Assembly: GCF_006345805.1 (NCBI RefSeq)
Contig: NC_043002.1
Span: 28,458,001-28,522,000 of the forward strand
DNA length: 64,000 nucleotides
Origin: Octopus sinensis
Lineage: Eukaryota
Direction: 5' to 3'
Position 1 is the first letter of the stretch. The number at the start of each line of letters is the position of its first letter. The notes beneath the pieces were generated by a model. It saw nothing but the letters and a program-made list of their open reading frames with translations, made no database searches and had not been told where the DNA came from. The translations under genes and the position numbers were made by a program. This document shows, piece after piece, positions 41,637 through 55,540 of this stretch.

Positions 41637-42454
41637 TTTTGTTTGTTTTTAATAATATTGTTTACTTTTTTTATCATGCAAAGTGTAGGTCAACGTCAAC
41701 AACTATGGCGATTGGTGAAAGCTTTGTGTTGAACAAGACCCGTATCACATAGCGTGATTTCGCTTGATACCATTAGTTATTTAACCGAAAATAAATATTA
41801 ACCAATTTCGCTCCTACCCACGGAATCAAAAAACGGGCGGGAGAAGGAGCAACAGAACCGAAAAAGAAAGGAACACTGGAAAAGATAAAAACAATTCTCG
41901 TGTGTGTGTGTGTGTACGTGTGTGCATGTGTGTGTGCGTGTGTATGTGATGAAAAATAAATAAATAGAATGCAACAGAAAATAGTAATCAATAAGAAAAA
42001 TATAGTAAAATATAAAACAAAATAAGTAAAGAAACAATCAGGTTGTAATATAATAAGAATTATTTATAGAAGCTTCCAGAGGTGAGTGAATGGGTGAAAG
42101 AAGTAAATTAGACGGAAAGAGAAGGTAGACATTTTGTTTTGGTTTTTGTACGTGTGTGAATGTGTTTTCATTTTCATCTTTTTGGATATTTTCTTTGTTT
42201 TTGCCCCTTTTCATTACACATAAATAGAAATACACAGACATATATATATGTATGCATGTATGTATGTATGTATGTATGTACGTATGTATGTATGTATGTA
42301 TGTATGTATGTATGTATGTACGTACGTATGTATGTATGTATGTATGTATGTATGCATGTATGCATGAATTATGTATATATGTATATATATATATATACAT
42401 ATATATATTACATACATATATATATACATACATATATATATATATATACATACA

Positions 42455-42522
<68 letters not shown>

Positions 42523-43160
42523 ATATATATGTGTGTGCATGTATGTATGTATGTATGTATATATATAGCGTTCATACCGAAAAACACCTTCATACAAAAT
42601 ATATATATGGTGAAAGTGGGAGAGAGAGAAAGAGAGAGAGATTCAAAGAAGGACTTGCATGCATTCACGTAAGTATAGGTAGACAATTATACTAGCATAA
42701 AGACACACATATTTACCTGGATATACGTGCATACATATTCACATATATTCATACCCCCATACACACGTAAATGCAGGCTCACATGTGCATGCACACACAT
42801 ATACGCCCGCGCATTCTTATACTCATATATATAGTTAAACACACTCACACACACGTATACACATAAAAAAATCATATGCATACACAAAGGTCAATACACA
42901 TATATATACACATATATATACACATAAACATTCACAGACTTACATATAGACCGATGTAAACACAAGGTTTCACACATAATACACGTATAGACATGAACAT
43001 ATATATATATACGCCCACACATAGTCAAGCACGCACACACGCACACACACACACAAACACGTACACAAACATACATACACACATATATATTTATATATAC
43101 ACTTTACATGCACATATGCATTCACACAGATGTACATAGGCAAAGAAATACAGACACACA

Positions 43161-43387
43161 GCGAGCTAGCAAAAACGTTAGCACGGCGGGCGAAATGCTT
43201 AGCGGTATTTCGTCTGCCGTTACGTTTTGAGTTCTAATTCCGCCGAGGTCGACTTTGCCTTTCATCCTTTCGGAGTCGATTAAATAAGTACCAGTTACGC
43301 ACTGGGGTCGATATAATCGACTTAATCCGTTTGTCTGTCCTTGTTTGTCCCCTCTGTGTGTAGTCCCTTGTGGAGAGTAAAGAAATA
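43161..43387 (+). mobile_element. SINE D monomer (tail type 1)
   Basis: Colinear with the first unit at 25247-25480. Confidence 0.9.
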
Positions 43388-45248
43388 AGAAACACAGACA
43401 CACATATAGATATAAATATGTACACATAAGTACACATATGTACACATACGCATGCACCTAGATATAAGCACGCAGACACAAGCACACGCATGCACACACA
43501 AACAGTCGTATAAATATATACAGATATAAGAATTCACACACACACGTGTATGCATAAACACTTACACACACATGTATGCACACACACACATATGCATATA
43601 CACATAAACACATACGGACGCACACGTGCACACATTGTGATGATATGCGGTATAAGTAGGTATGGCTGAAGTTATAGCAGGTCCCTTCTTTCCCTGCTCA
43701 ATAGGGGTAGATTCCTTACTTGCCAAAGTATCAACACTACCACCACCAACATTACCACCAGCGTAATAAACATCACCAACACCATCACCAACACTACCAT
43801 CACCAACACCATATCACCAACACTACCACCACCAACATCACCGCCAGCATAAACACCACCACTAACGTCACCATCATCACCATCACCACCATCATCAACA
43901 CCATCATCACCATCACCACCATCACCAACACCACCATCACGAACACTACCACCACAAGCAACACCACCAGCATAAACACCACCACCAACGTCACCTCCAT
44001 CACCATCACCACCATCACCATCAACATCAACACCACTAATAACATAACCACCATTACCACCACTGCGAACACAACTACTACCTCCTCCATCACCACTACT
44101 GTAGTGCCATCAACACTATAACCACTACCACCAACAACAGTAAAACCGTCGACCACCACCATTACAACTACCACCACAAGCGCCAGCCCCAACACTACCA
44201 TCATCTTTGTCACCACCAACACCATCAACCACCACCATCAACTACATCTTCGCTTGATCTTCTAGAAATGACAACCAAATTTCCCCCTAATTTCAACCTT
44301 AGAAAAGCACGTGTTGAAATATGTGGTACTGGATTCCCTCGTTGCACACAGAGGTAAAAACGGGATGGTCATAGTTGGCATGCCTTTCATCATTTGAGCA
44401 AAATGGCTTGGAGTTAAAAAGCGACAACAACTAACATGACCACCACAATGACAACCACCATATCCACCACTACCGCCATCACCACCACCACTACTACTAC
44501 TGCCGCCACCGCCACAATAACATCACATCCCTAGCCACCAACATAACCATCACCACCACTAATACCCCCTTCCTCCCACCACTACCATCACCACTACAGC
44601 CGGCACCAATACCAGCACCCCTACAAAGACCACCTCCATTTTCACCACTACTCCTACCATCACCATCAACTCTACTCCCACTAACACCAACATCGACACC
44701 ATCACCACTACCGCCATACTACCACTATTATAAATACTACTCCCACCCTTATCAGCAACAACAACACTACAACCACCACCACCACCACCACCACCGTTGT
44801 TGATTACCCAGACACAATATCCATTACCCCAACACCAACAGTTAATTAGTTTTCATCTTAGCAATGCGGCTTTCTCACGAATTTGTTTTGTTGTTTTGTT
44901 CAGCCATGTCAGGCAAGATAGCGGGTGGGTGGGGAGATGTGTAGTGGACAGTGAAGTAGATGGAGAAGCAGTTGGAGTGAGGGAAAGAGAAAGAGAGAGA
45001 TTGAATAAAAGGGGTTGGTAAGTCGTATGGTGAGTGAGTACCGAGATATATGTTTTGGGGTGAAAGAAAGAAATAAAGAAGAGAGAGGGGAAGAGACAGA
45101 CTGTCAGAGACAGACAGACAGAGACAGACAGAAAATCAGTTGGAAAGAGATGATGAACTAAGAAAATCTGAGAATGAGGAAAAAAAGAAACGGAGCAAAG
45201 GTGTGAAACACAGGTAGAGGAAGATAGGGAGAAAGAAGTAAGACACAA

Positions 45249-45306
<58 letters not shown>

Positions 45307-46494
45307 GGGAGATAATAAAAAAAATAAAAAAGAATCAGCATTAGAAAGAAAAGGAGAGAAAAGCGAGAGAATGTGGGAAGTAAAAAATATTAAAGAAAAA
45401 CATTAGCATGAGAAAAATGTCGTTTTATTATTTGCATCCAGTTCTACAGAGAATCCATCAGTAGTTGCCATGTCTACAGACAATTTTTGGCAATCTCATC
45501 ATAATAAAAGACTTCATTAGTTATCATAGAGTTGCGTTCGACTATTAGCTAGATCTTCGAGCAAAACCATTTTCTTTCATGAACCAAACATCTACCATTC
45601 TTTCCAGAAAACATTTTGCCTGAAAAGCTGAAGAATTTCTTTGAAGTTAGGAAGGCTTCGACGATGGGAAAAACCCGATGTGGTTTATAAAATTGCAATA
45701 TTGAACAGTGGGGCTACTCTTAAATTATTCACCATAATAGCTCTAGCTTTTGATATTTACTTGGAAATAGACTTTGGCGCAGTGTGATGAGGCATAGATT
45801 TGTATGTGCCGTCAGTCTTTCGAACAAATATATCACCGATTCTCATCCCATCATGGGTGATGTGTTAGTAATTATGCTCGGAAACTGAAAGTGGCAGAGC
45901 GGGGAAAAAAAATGTCAGCCTCTCTCCTTGGGATCTTTGTTTGTATCTTATCCTAGACAATGCAGTGTATGCTGAATCCTTCTTTAGTATAGATTGCCCG
46001 TAAACACGCTCGCTATGTTGTGCATGGGAAACATTTATAGAATTGATTTATTTCTGGCTGGTCTCAAAATGGCAAATGAAGAAACATCTAGAAAAATTTG
46101 AAATGTGGTTTGTCAAATGTGATTCACAGAAGGAAATGCCACCTTTCAGTGAGTAAATGAGCACTTCAGTGTTGCAGTATGTACCGTATAGTTACTATAT
46201 TTCGTACATTTGATACAGTCCATTGCATACAAATAAATGAATAATAAATAAATAACATATGATGGATGGTGCCATAGAAGTAATGTAATACAGAACAGAT
46301 AATATAAGAAATTATACATTATATATTTGTTTAATCACTTGTTGAGCAGAGTGGTGCCATAGAAGCGTACTGGGTCCGTAAGAGTTCCGTAGACCAAAAG
46401 TACGTTCTGCAAAGAAACAGGCGCTGCTTTTTTTTTTATATATATCTATACAATAGCGTTTGTGCACAAACTGTTAAATAGCACTGATCTGAAC

Positions 46495-47180
46495 AATACT
46501 TAAGTCACTTAAAGGATATTTAAACCATCAAAGGGATACTTAAAAGATATAGGTGATATGTAAGCCAAGAAGGTGATATTCAAATCATTCTGGCAATATT
46601 TAAATCATCAAAGCAATATTTAAGCTTCCTAGATGATACTAATATTTCAATCACCCGGACGATAATTAAGTCATCTAAGGGATACTAAAGTCATCAAGGC
46701 GACGTATAAGTCATTATAATGATACATAAGCCATCTATATGCTATCTCAGTCATCCAGGCAATATTTAAGTCATCTGGGTAATATTTATGTCATTTAGTT
46801 GATATTCAAGACACCAAGTCGTCTAGGTAATATTTAAGCCATCGAGACGTAATTTAAATCGTCTAGTCCAGTGTTTCCCAAACTGGCAAATACTAGATTC
46901 CAGTCAAAAATTAAGTATTATTGAAATTTTGAAGCTTCTCTTTATCAATAAGTCGAATATAGGGTTTGTATCCATATGATCCTTCCTTTCCGAATCATTG
47001 ATATAATAAAGCAATTTTATTTCGGCATGGCAATTTGTTCGCTCCCTTTTCAGTCCTCACAGCCCTCGCCAAGGCGGTCTATTTTGAAAATAACTGATCT
47101 AGTTGATACTTAGGTCATTAAGACAATATTTAAGTCATCAATACAGTATAAAAGCCATCTAGATTATATTTAAGTCATCG
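46495..47180. repeat. Degenerate 20-bp minisatellite (consensus about taagtcatctaggtgatatt), interrupted by a MITE
   Basis: The taag(t/c)catc..atatt motif recurs every 20 nt from ~46500 to 46868 and resumes at ~47097. Confidence 0.8.
46869..47096. mobile_element. hAT (Charlie-like) non-autonomous element
   Basis: Starts CAGTGTTTCCCAAA and ends TTTTGAAAATAACTG. The flanking 8-mers gtctagtc and atctagtt form a degenerate TSD with a TCTAG core. Confidence 0.7.
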
Positions 47181-47379
47181 GCAGTTACAAAGGTAAAGCT
47201 ACTAGTGACGCGCAGACATGCTCGGCGTCTGCTATATCTGCTGAGTTTCTTAGCCAATGAGTGAATGCGATTCATTTTCTTAAATGAGCTGCAGTCCTGG
47301 ATGAAAAAACTGGCTGTCTGACATCCAGTTTTCAGGTGCTTTCAGTCTTCTACTGAGGGGTAATGGGGCTAATACGGCC

Positions 47380-47650
47380 TTTTTAGCTCTAGCATTCCAT
47401 AGTGGTCATAAGTGACAATGTTCTGATATCTGGGCAGCGAGGAGAAACAGCTGAGCAGAAAACATTTAGAGTAAACACTTGTGTGCTGAGGGTGCTGTTG
47501 TACTCCGTGTCCGAATGCAAGGGTTGATGTCTCACCAAGCGGTGAAACAGCTTTATAGGTGTTTCGGCACCTTCCAACGCGACACTTGAGCTGCTCGAAA
47601 CCACCCACCGATGCAGACAACAAACCACTTGCACAACAACATGAGATTTG
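47380..47650 (+). pseudogene. Possible very old RTE-like LINE fragment
   Basis: RVNTCVLRVLLYSVSEC resembles the RTE post-RT motif (N..V..VLLYG.E.W). Confidence 0.3.
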
Positions 47651-48059
47651 TTGAGTCAGACGTTGTGACCCTATGCGAAGGTTTCAACCATCCCAATCTC
47701 GATCCTGTTGCATCACTCATTCAGTTCTGAGATTACAGACAATTTTCAAAAGTCCTTGTCCTGGCAGTGTTGAACAAAATCGCCACTTTGGAATAAACTC
47801 TTTGAGATGGTGTTCTTAAAGGTAATAATAAAAACGGTGGTTGTATGACTATTGTTCCTAATATTATCAATAGAATACCATCATTGAAACCACTAATACA
47901 ACTATTACTATCGGTACCACTGCCATGACCATAACTATTCCCACTACTATAAGAACTACCATTTTCCAAATCGCCAACTCTGCTACTGCTGCAGCTGCTG
48001 CTGCTACTACTACTGCTGCTACAACTACTAATACAACTAATACTACAACAACAACAACA

Positions 48060-48106
<47 letters not shown>

Positions 48107-48464
48107 CATCCTACTATACGACAACCATCCTACTATTACCAATAGAATGCTACCACCTAGAACTACCATACTTCAACTCTCTTTATGACCACCTCTCAAA
48201 AGTAGCCAAATATATCACCATCACCACCATTATTCAACTACTACCAATACCATCGCCACCCACTCAAACCACTAATACTATCAACATGACCATCACTCAC
48301 CACTCGCACCAACAAATACACCATCACCAGCTTCACCCTCATCTCTATAATTATTCATCTACAACTAGCACCTTCACCTCTACTCAAACCAGACCTACTA
48401 CCACAACTACTGTTTCCTAGACCTTAATCTGTGCTTAATATATATTTCATTTCTCTTTAGTTAG

Positions 48465-48595
48465 AATGACACAGAAGATGAAGATTACGTCCACTTGTAC
48501 CCCCTTCTTGATTCCATTAAGACCTCACTCCTCCCACCACCTAAGTACATAAAGATTACAGGGGTTCAGTGTGTGACTGCAGAGAGAGGGGGTTG
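48465..48595 (+). CDS. Candidate 131-nt exon (NDTEDEDYVHLYPLLDSIKTSLLPPPKYIKITGVQCVTAERGGW)
   Basis: Pyrimidine tract tttcatttctctttagttag|, 43 open codons and a donor TTG|GTATGA, in an island between microsatellite blocks. No family recognised. Confidence 0.3.
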
Positions 48596-50029
48596 GTATG
48601 AAGGGAGATGAGGGGGAGGGAGAAATTGAAGGTAAATGGAAGGATTGGACGAGAAGGATTGACTGGGTCTGTTTTATCAGTAAAATTCATTGGTAATTTA
48701 TTATTGCGGTGGTGGTGGTGGTGGTGGTAGTGGTGGTGGTGGTGGTAGTGGTGGTGGTGGTGGTGGTGGTGATGGTGATGGCGGCGGCGGCGGGCGGTAG
48801 TGATGGCAGCAGTGTTGGTGGTGGTGGTGGTGGTGTTGGTTGTGATGGTGATGGTGGTTGTGAAAGTGGTCGTAGTGGTTGTGGTGGTGGTGGTGGTGCT
48901 GGTGCTGCTGCTACTGCTGCTGGTGCTGGTGTTAGTGTTGGTGCTGATGGTGGTAGTGGTTGTGCTGGTTGCAATATCGTGGTAGCGGTAGACATGTGGT
49001 GAGTTGGTAATAGTGGTGGTGGGATGGTGATAGCGCTGGTGATAGCGATGGTTGTGACTGTACTGGTGATAATGTTAGTGGTCTTGATGGTAGTGGCGGT
49101 GATGGTAGTGGTAGAGACCTCAGTGATGTGATGTAATGGAAGGACAACATATAAAGATGGCTAAGGAATCTGGCAAATGTGAAGTTGTTGCTGTTGTTGT
49201 TGTTGTTGTTGGCGGTGGTGGTTACTTTAGGAGGCGGTGTGGTGAGTGTACATGCGGTTGTGGTGGTGTTGGTGGTTATGTTGATGTTTGTATTGGTGGT
49301 GGCGGCGGCGGTGATAGAGTTAGAGGCAGTGGTGCAGGTGAGGAAGGACCAGCGGATTGGAAGGCTGTTGCTATCTACGTTTTACATCAGAGACTAACAA
49401 TCAGTTCGCAACGGTGGATAGCACAACTTATTCACTTAAATCACTGCAGAGTATCGTCTCTGAGTGGAGACAAGAGGGGTTTAAATATACGGAAAGATGG
49501 ACAGACAGACAGATACACACACAACTACACATACATACTGACAGGGAGACAGAAAGACACACACACATACCCACACGGACTCACATATATTGAGAGGTAA
49601 GCAGACAGATAGCCAGAGAGACAGGGATAATGAAAGAAATTTAGAGAAAAATAAACGAATGCAGAAAGCATGGTCGAACGAGCGAGAAGAACGAAAGTAA
49701 ACGATGAATGAAAGAAAAGAAAGAATAGAAAAAGAAACAAACAAAAAAGGAAAGAAATAAAAGAAATAAAGGAAGAAGGGGAATGTAGTTGTGATAGATG
49801 TTATCGGTATTGTCATTGTTATTGGAGACGGTGGTGGTATTGGCGATAATCTTGTTGACAATGATAGTATTTGTGGATATGGTGGTGGTCCGGTGCCCTG
49901 AAGAGGGCGATTAAAGTAGAATCCATAGCGTTTAGCAAACAACTAGCAATACTGAGAAATAGAAAGGAAAACTAGTCAGTAATCTAGAAGAAGAGGTCAG
50001 TTAAGACGTTGTGACGGATATACTAGCAA

Positions 50030-50885
50030 CGACTATGGCCCTAGACTATTTCTTCAACGTGAAATACGAAGTCTGCCTTATCAGAGCTAAAGTCCGTGCG
50101 CAGAAACACGTGGAAATAATAGCTATCCAATGAGCCCGAGTGACAGAGGCGCGACGAGACAACAAAACTACAGTCAAGTCTTTGGCGGACAAGAACGGGT
50201 GCATGCCACTCAATTTTGAGCAGATGTGTGCGGCTTTCCAGTAGCACTTCACGAAACTGTTTGTGGAAAACGATGGATTGGCGGCGGTATTACTCTTTAG
50301 TTCATGCCTGGGCGGCCTGTAAAGGTTATCAGTAATAGACGAACGTTTGGTGGAAAAAAAATATCGGCCACTGAAATATGGGAGGCGATGAACAGTTGCG
50401 CAAAATGGTCTTCCCGACGAAATTTACAGTTTATGCCTGATTTGTTTGGTAGCCATTTGGCAGACGTCTACCGTAACTGGCAGCAGAACAAGAGATTTCC
50501 TAATGCTATGAGCCAGTGAGTGGCAGCGCTGCTTATAAAAGATGCCGACAAAGGGAATGCGGAAAGCAATTTTCGACTTATTGCTCGGCTAAACACACAG
50601 TTTAAGATTTTGGTCAAAGTGTGAGCGAAAAGATTGGCGCTTGTCGTAGGTAGTTCGGTCGGGGAAGCCCAAATGTGCGCAGTCCTAAACAGGTCCACCT
50701 ATGACAACCTTCCCCTTATTAGATTCACCATAAACAGAGCTGGGAAGAAGCCTGACTTCGGTTGGACCTGATCAATTTGTCAAAAGCTTTCGATAGAAAC
50801 CACCCTGAAATAGGCCACATCCGGACCCGGTTTCAGAGGTTGGATCGCAGCAATGCACTGTGACGCCTGCTCAGTGTTCAAACTA
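50030..50885 (+). mobile_element. Tx1/L1-clade LINE, RT N-terminal half, decayed
   Basis: ISATEIWEAM..PDEIY..MPDLFGSHLADVY..KGNAESNFRLIARLNTQFKILVKV*AKRL..EAQMCAV..STYDNL..KAFDR..GPGFRGWIAAM. Confidence 0.85.
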
Positions 50886-50889
50886 AAGT

Positions 50890-51095
50890 TAGCGGTCAGA
50901 ATCATCAGCACGCTGGACAAAATGCTTAGCAATATTTCGTCTGTCTTTACGTTCTGTGTTCAAATGCCACAGAGTTCGATTTTGCCTTTCAACCTTTCGG
51001 AGTCTATGAATTAAGTGCCAGTGAAACTTTTGGGTGGATGTAATCGACGAGTCACCTCCACCAAACTTTCAGGCCTTGTGCCTTTAGTAGAAAGG
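50890..51095 (+). mobile_element. SINE D (tail type 2), degraded, with (ATT)n tail
   Basis: tacgttctgtgttcaaat..ttgcctttcaacctttcgg..aaactttcaggccttgtgcctttagtagaaagg. Confidence 0.7.
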
Positions 51096-51105
51096 ATTAT
51101 TATTA

Positions 51106-51157
<52 letters not shown>

Positions 51158-51158
51158 G

Positions 51159-51277
51159 AGTGAGAGAGCAGTTCATGCCATCAAAGTGACACTGGGGTAA
51201 AATATACGAAGCCCAATATACCCATCATGACTACCCGTCTGATAAGGGTACACCAGGCACATGCATCACAACCATGT
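51159..51277 (-). mobile_element. 3' end of another short or truncated retroelement with an (AAT)n tail
   Basis: Minus strand gatgcatgtgcctggtgtacccttatcagacgggtagtcatgatgggt..ctctctcactcaataataat. The family is recognised only from memory as an abundant octopus repeat. Confidence 0.5.
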
Positions 51278-51278
51278 G

Positions 51279-52012
<734 letters not shown>

Positions 52013-52019
52013 TTATTAT

Positions 52020-52590
52020 TATTGCCTTTGCACATCTTCTAACGCTGGAGATGTACTACGGTGTCAGCTGTTCACTACCAGTGAACTAAGGTAACACCTC
52101 TTATTTTTCGAGCACCTTCCGGAGTATTCGAGCGGTTCCAAGCGGTGCTGTTTTCCGCAAGTGCTCCACCCTTATTGTAGCCCCTATTTGTTCCATGTAC
52201 TTCTCAAGATTTTTATTCACTGTTCCCAGGGCTCAGACAATTATTGGTACTATTACCACCTTTTTCATCGACCACAATTCCTTAACCTCCCAAGATAACT
52301 TGCCATATCTATTGACTTTTCTTTCTTCCTTATCGCATACCTTGCTGTCAGCTGGACATGCTATATCTATGATCCAGCATAGTTTGTTTTCTTTCTCAAT
52401 TAAGACTACGTCTGGTTTCCTATTCTCTATCTCATGGTCGCACTGAATCATTAAATCCCATAAGATCTTTACATTATCATTTTCGATGATGACTTCGGGT
52501 TTGTGGTCGTACCAATTTTTTGCTCTGTCAAATTCATACTTGTTGCAAAGTGTCCAATGGACAAGCCTTGCTATATTGTCGTGACGTTGA
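52020..52590 (-). mobile_element. 5'-truncated R4/Dong LINE (REL domain)
   Basis: RHDNIARLVHW..MIQCDHEIENRKPDVVLIEK..IIDIACPAD..PIIVGALGTV..LGTARILRKVLEK*, followed by an (AAT)n tail. Confidence 0.9.
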
Positions 52591-53080
52591 ATACTGGAAT
52601 CGATCTAATCGACTTACCTCCTCTCCCCTAAAATTGCGGGCCTTGTACCAAAATTTGAAACTATTATTATCATTATTATAATCCAGTAGTCATATTTTTA
52701 TCACATGTTTTCACTGTACTAACGAGCGCAGCTTTGAGTGCCATGGGTATGTGCTGTGGTTTGCAGTGGTGCTCATATTTTCATTGTATTGAAAGTGTTT
52801 ACGTAGGATGTGTGCAGTGCCTACTAGTTCAATTTTTTGTATGCTATATGTACTTGTAAGTCCTGGTCTTTTTATTATGTATTTGCCTGAATGGTTTTAT
52901 CATAACTAATGCGCTTACTGTCATACGAACTGTTTGTTTTTAGGTTCCACATTCGAGTTACCACTATTACCAGATTTTTGTATTTTGAAAGTTTCTCCGT
53001 TTCTATTAGAAAAACATTATTATCTGTTTGTATTAATACATCGATTAGAAAGTATTTTTCTTGGTGATCTCTGACAACTA

Positions 53081-54354
53081 TTAGGTTGTCAGGAAAGTTC
53101 TTGCGGAATTTTAAATTTTGGTTTTAAATGATGTATTTTCAAATTAATTTTCGTTAAATTACTTTGACTTTATATATAATTTTAAAGCCCGTTTACGCTC
53201 TATCTAATCGTGTTACGCTTTTTCTTTTTGAATAATTAGGCCATTTTTTCCGGAACGTTGAATACAACATGAACAAAAAGCAAATTCGCACAATTTTCGT
53301 ATTCCAGTTCAAGCTAGGCCGAAAAGCTGCTGAAACAGCTCGCGATATCAACAATGGGTTTGGCCCAGAAACGTACAACACAATGATGGCTCAAGAAATT
53401 TCGTAGCGGTGACGAGTCTTGAAGATGATAAGCGTAGTGGTCGGCCATCGGATGTTGACAACGATCAACTAAGAACCTTAGTGGAAGCCAATCCACGCAC
53501 AACTGTTCGAGAGCTTGCTTCTGAATTAGACGTAACGTATACGACAATTTCCAATCACTTGAAAGAGATTAGAAAAACAAAAATACTTGAGAAATTGGTT
53601 CCACACGAATTGAACAACAACCAAAAAATAAAATGCCGTTTTGAAGTGTCGTCTTCCCTTCTTTTACGCAACAAGAACGACCCGTTTCTCGACCTGATTG
53701 TAACTTGCGAGATAAAGTGGATTCTTTACGACAACCGGTGATGCTCAACTCAGTGGTTGAACGCCGACGAAGCTCCACGGCACTTCCCGAGGCCAAAGTT
53801 GCACCAAAAGAAAGGTATGGTAACTGTTTGGTGGTCTGCGGCCGGTCTCAGCCATCACAGCTTTTTGGATCCAGCGAAACCATTACGGCGAAGAAGTACT
53901 GTCAGCAAATGGATGAAATGCATAAGAAACTCCGACAGCAACAGCCAGCATTCGTCAATAGAAGAGGACCAATTATTCTCCATGACAACGCTCGGCCACA
54001 CGTTGCACAACTGAACCTGCAGAAGTTGAACGAATTGGGCTACGAAACTCTGCCTCATCCGCCATACTCACCAGACCCCTCGCCTACCGACTACCACTTT
54101 TCCAAGCATTTCGACAACTTCCTGCGTGAGAAATGCTTCAAAAACCAAGACGATGCCAAACACGCCTTCAACGACTTCATCGCTACCAGAACGCAGGATT
54201 TTTATGCTATTGGCATAAATAAACTTGTTTCGCGTTGGCTAAAATGTGGTGATTCTGATGGTGTTTATTTCGATTAATAAAGTTTTGTTTGAGCCGAGAT
54301 ATGTGCATCTGAATTTAAAGGTTAAAAACCGCAAGAACTTTATTGACAACCTAA
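53081..54354 (+). mobile_element. Mariner (DD34D) transposon with TIRs and TA duplication
   Basis: Left end TA|ttaggttgtcaggaaagttcttgcgg; right end ccgcaagaactttattgacaacctaa|TA. Confidence 0.95.
53269..54277 (+). pseudogene. Mariner transposase (Hsmar1/cecropia-like), frameshifted
   Basis: MNKKQIRTIF..SLEDDKRSGRPS..VPHEL..IVTCEIKWILYDN..PKLHQKK..HDNARPH..HPPYSPDPSPTDYH..W.KC..DGVYFD*, with stops and frameshifts. Confidence 0.93.
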
Positions 54355-55540
54355 TATATCCGGCCTATTGGCCTTACTTTCTCTATCCGTGTGTATTGGC
54401 ATATCCCAGAGTATGGCTGCTTTCTCATTTTCTGTGACCTTTTCTGGTGTGTGCCTATACCATCTTTTTCTGTTATTGTTCCAGTGTATATAGGTCCCAA
54501 CTCAGTCGTGTCTGTGAATATATCTTTTCTTATCCAGAACTGGGCAGCCAAAAACAATATGATTTGTTTCTTCTCCATCACCACAGATTCTGCAGTTACT
54601 TATATTTCTTTTTTTATTAACTGTTTTTTGGTGATTTCTAGTGGGAAGGCTTTGATCTTGTGCTGCAATTAGAAATCCTTCAGTCTCTGCTTTGAGTCCT
54701 AAGCTTTTCAGCCATTGTTGGGATTTTTCTGTGTCTATTTCTTTTCTGTTTAGCTTAACGCAATATTTGCCATGAAGGGACTTATCTTGCCATCGTTTTA
54801 TCATGACCCGCTACTGTTCCAGTTTTAGCTTGGTTTTCAGTTCTTTTGCAGTTTTGGTTGTTTCTTCTTTTTCTTCATAGTTGTTAGGTGCTATGACTTC
54901 TTTTTTTTGTATTTGTCAGCTTCCTTAAAGACAGTTTTTTGTTTTGTTCGTGTTTTGTGGTTATTTGTATTAGCTTTCCTTGCTTCTGAAGTAGGTATTT
55001 CTGTAGTTCTATGGTGGTTATTTTATAATAGTTTTCTAGCTTTATGAGGTCTCTACCACCATCGATTCTTTGTATATATAGCCTTTCTGTCAGATTTTAG
55101 GTGGTGCATCCTAAATCCTGTCATTATTTTTCTTATTTTCCTGTCTATTTTGATTAGTTCATTTAGAGTCCAGTTAAGAATATTGTAGGTGTAACTTATA
55201 ACTGGTACGGCTAGCGTATTGATACTTATCATTGAGCTCTGTTTTCGGTATTAATCTAACTTATCTATAGTATTCCTTTTTTATCTTCTCTTTCATTTGT
55301 GCGTGTTGTATCGTATCCAGTTCATTGATTCCTAAGTATTTGTGTGTCTGGATTTGGTCTAACTCTCTTATTTCATTTGTTTTATTTAGTCTGATGTTGC
55401 TACTTCTTACTAGTTTTCCTCTTTTTGGGAACGATGAAATAAGTACCTGTAGAACTAACTCAGTGCTCAATGTTATTGACTTATTCCTCCCCAAGAAATT
55501 GCTGGCTTTGTGCCAAAATTTGAGAAATATTTTTAAAATG

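Larger units (their letters stand above)
52680..55500 (-). mobile_element. Second R4/Dong subfamily (RT C-terminus, CCHC, REL), interrupted by a mariner
   Basis: KYLGINE..MHHLKSDRERLY..GGRDL..SLHGKY..LKAETEGFLIAAQDQSL..CRICG..HIVFGCPVL..RHD..ILWDMPIHTDR..ANRPDI | VVRDHQ..LIDV..EKLSKYKNL; the reading resumes across the mariner. Confidence 0.9.

Noticed and set aside
46030-46150. Exon-like frame LIYFWLVSKWQMKKHLEKFEMWFVK..|gtgagt
   Set aside because: It resembles the RTE post-RT motif (K.M.K.LEAFEMW), so old LINE debris is more likely; the acceptor is weak.
46495-46868. Regularly spaced repeats as a CRISPR-like array
   Set aside because: The units are contiguous degenerate 20-mers with no unique spacers and no cas genes, in a eukaryotic context.
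48570-48598. ERGGW as a Bcl-2 BH2 motif
   Set aside because: The upstream conserved W and a BH1 region are missing, and the putative intron phase does not fit.
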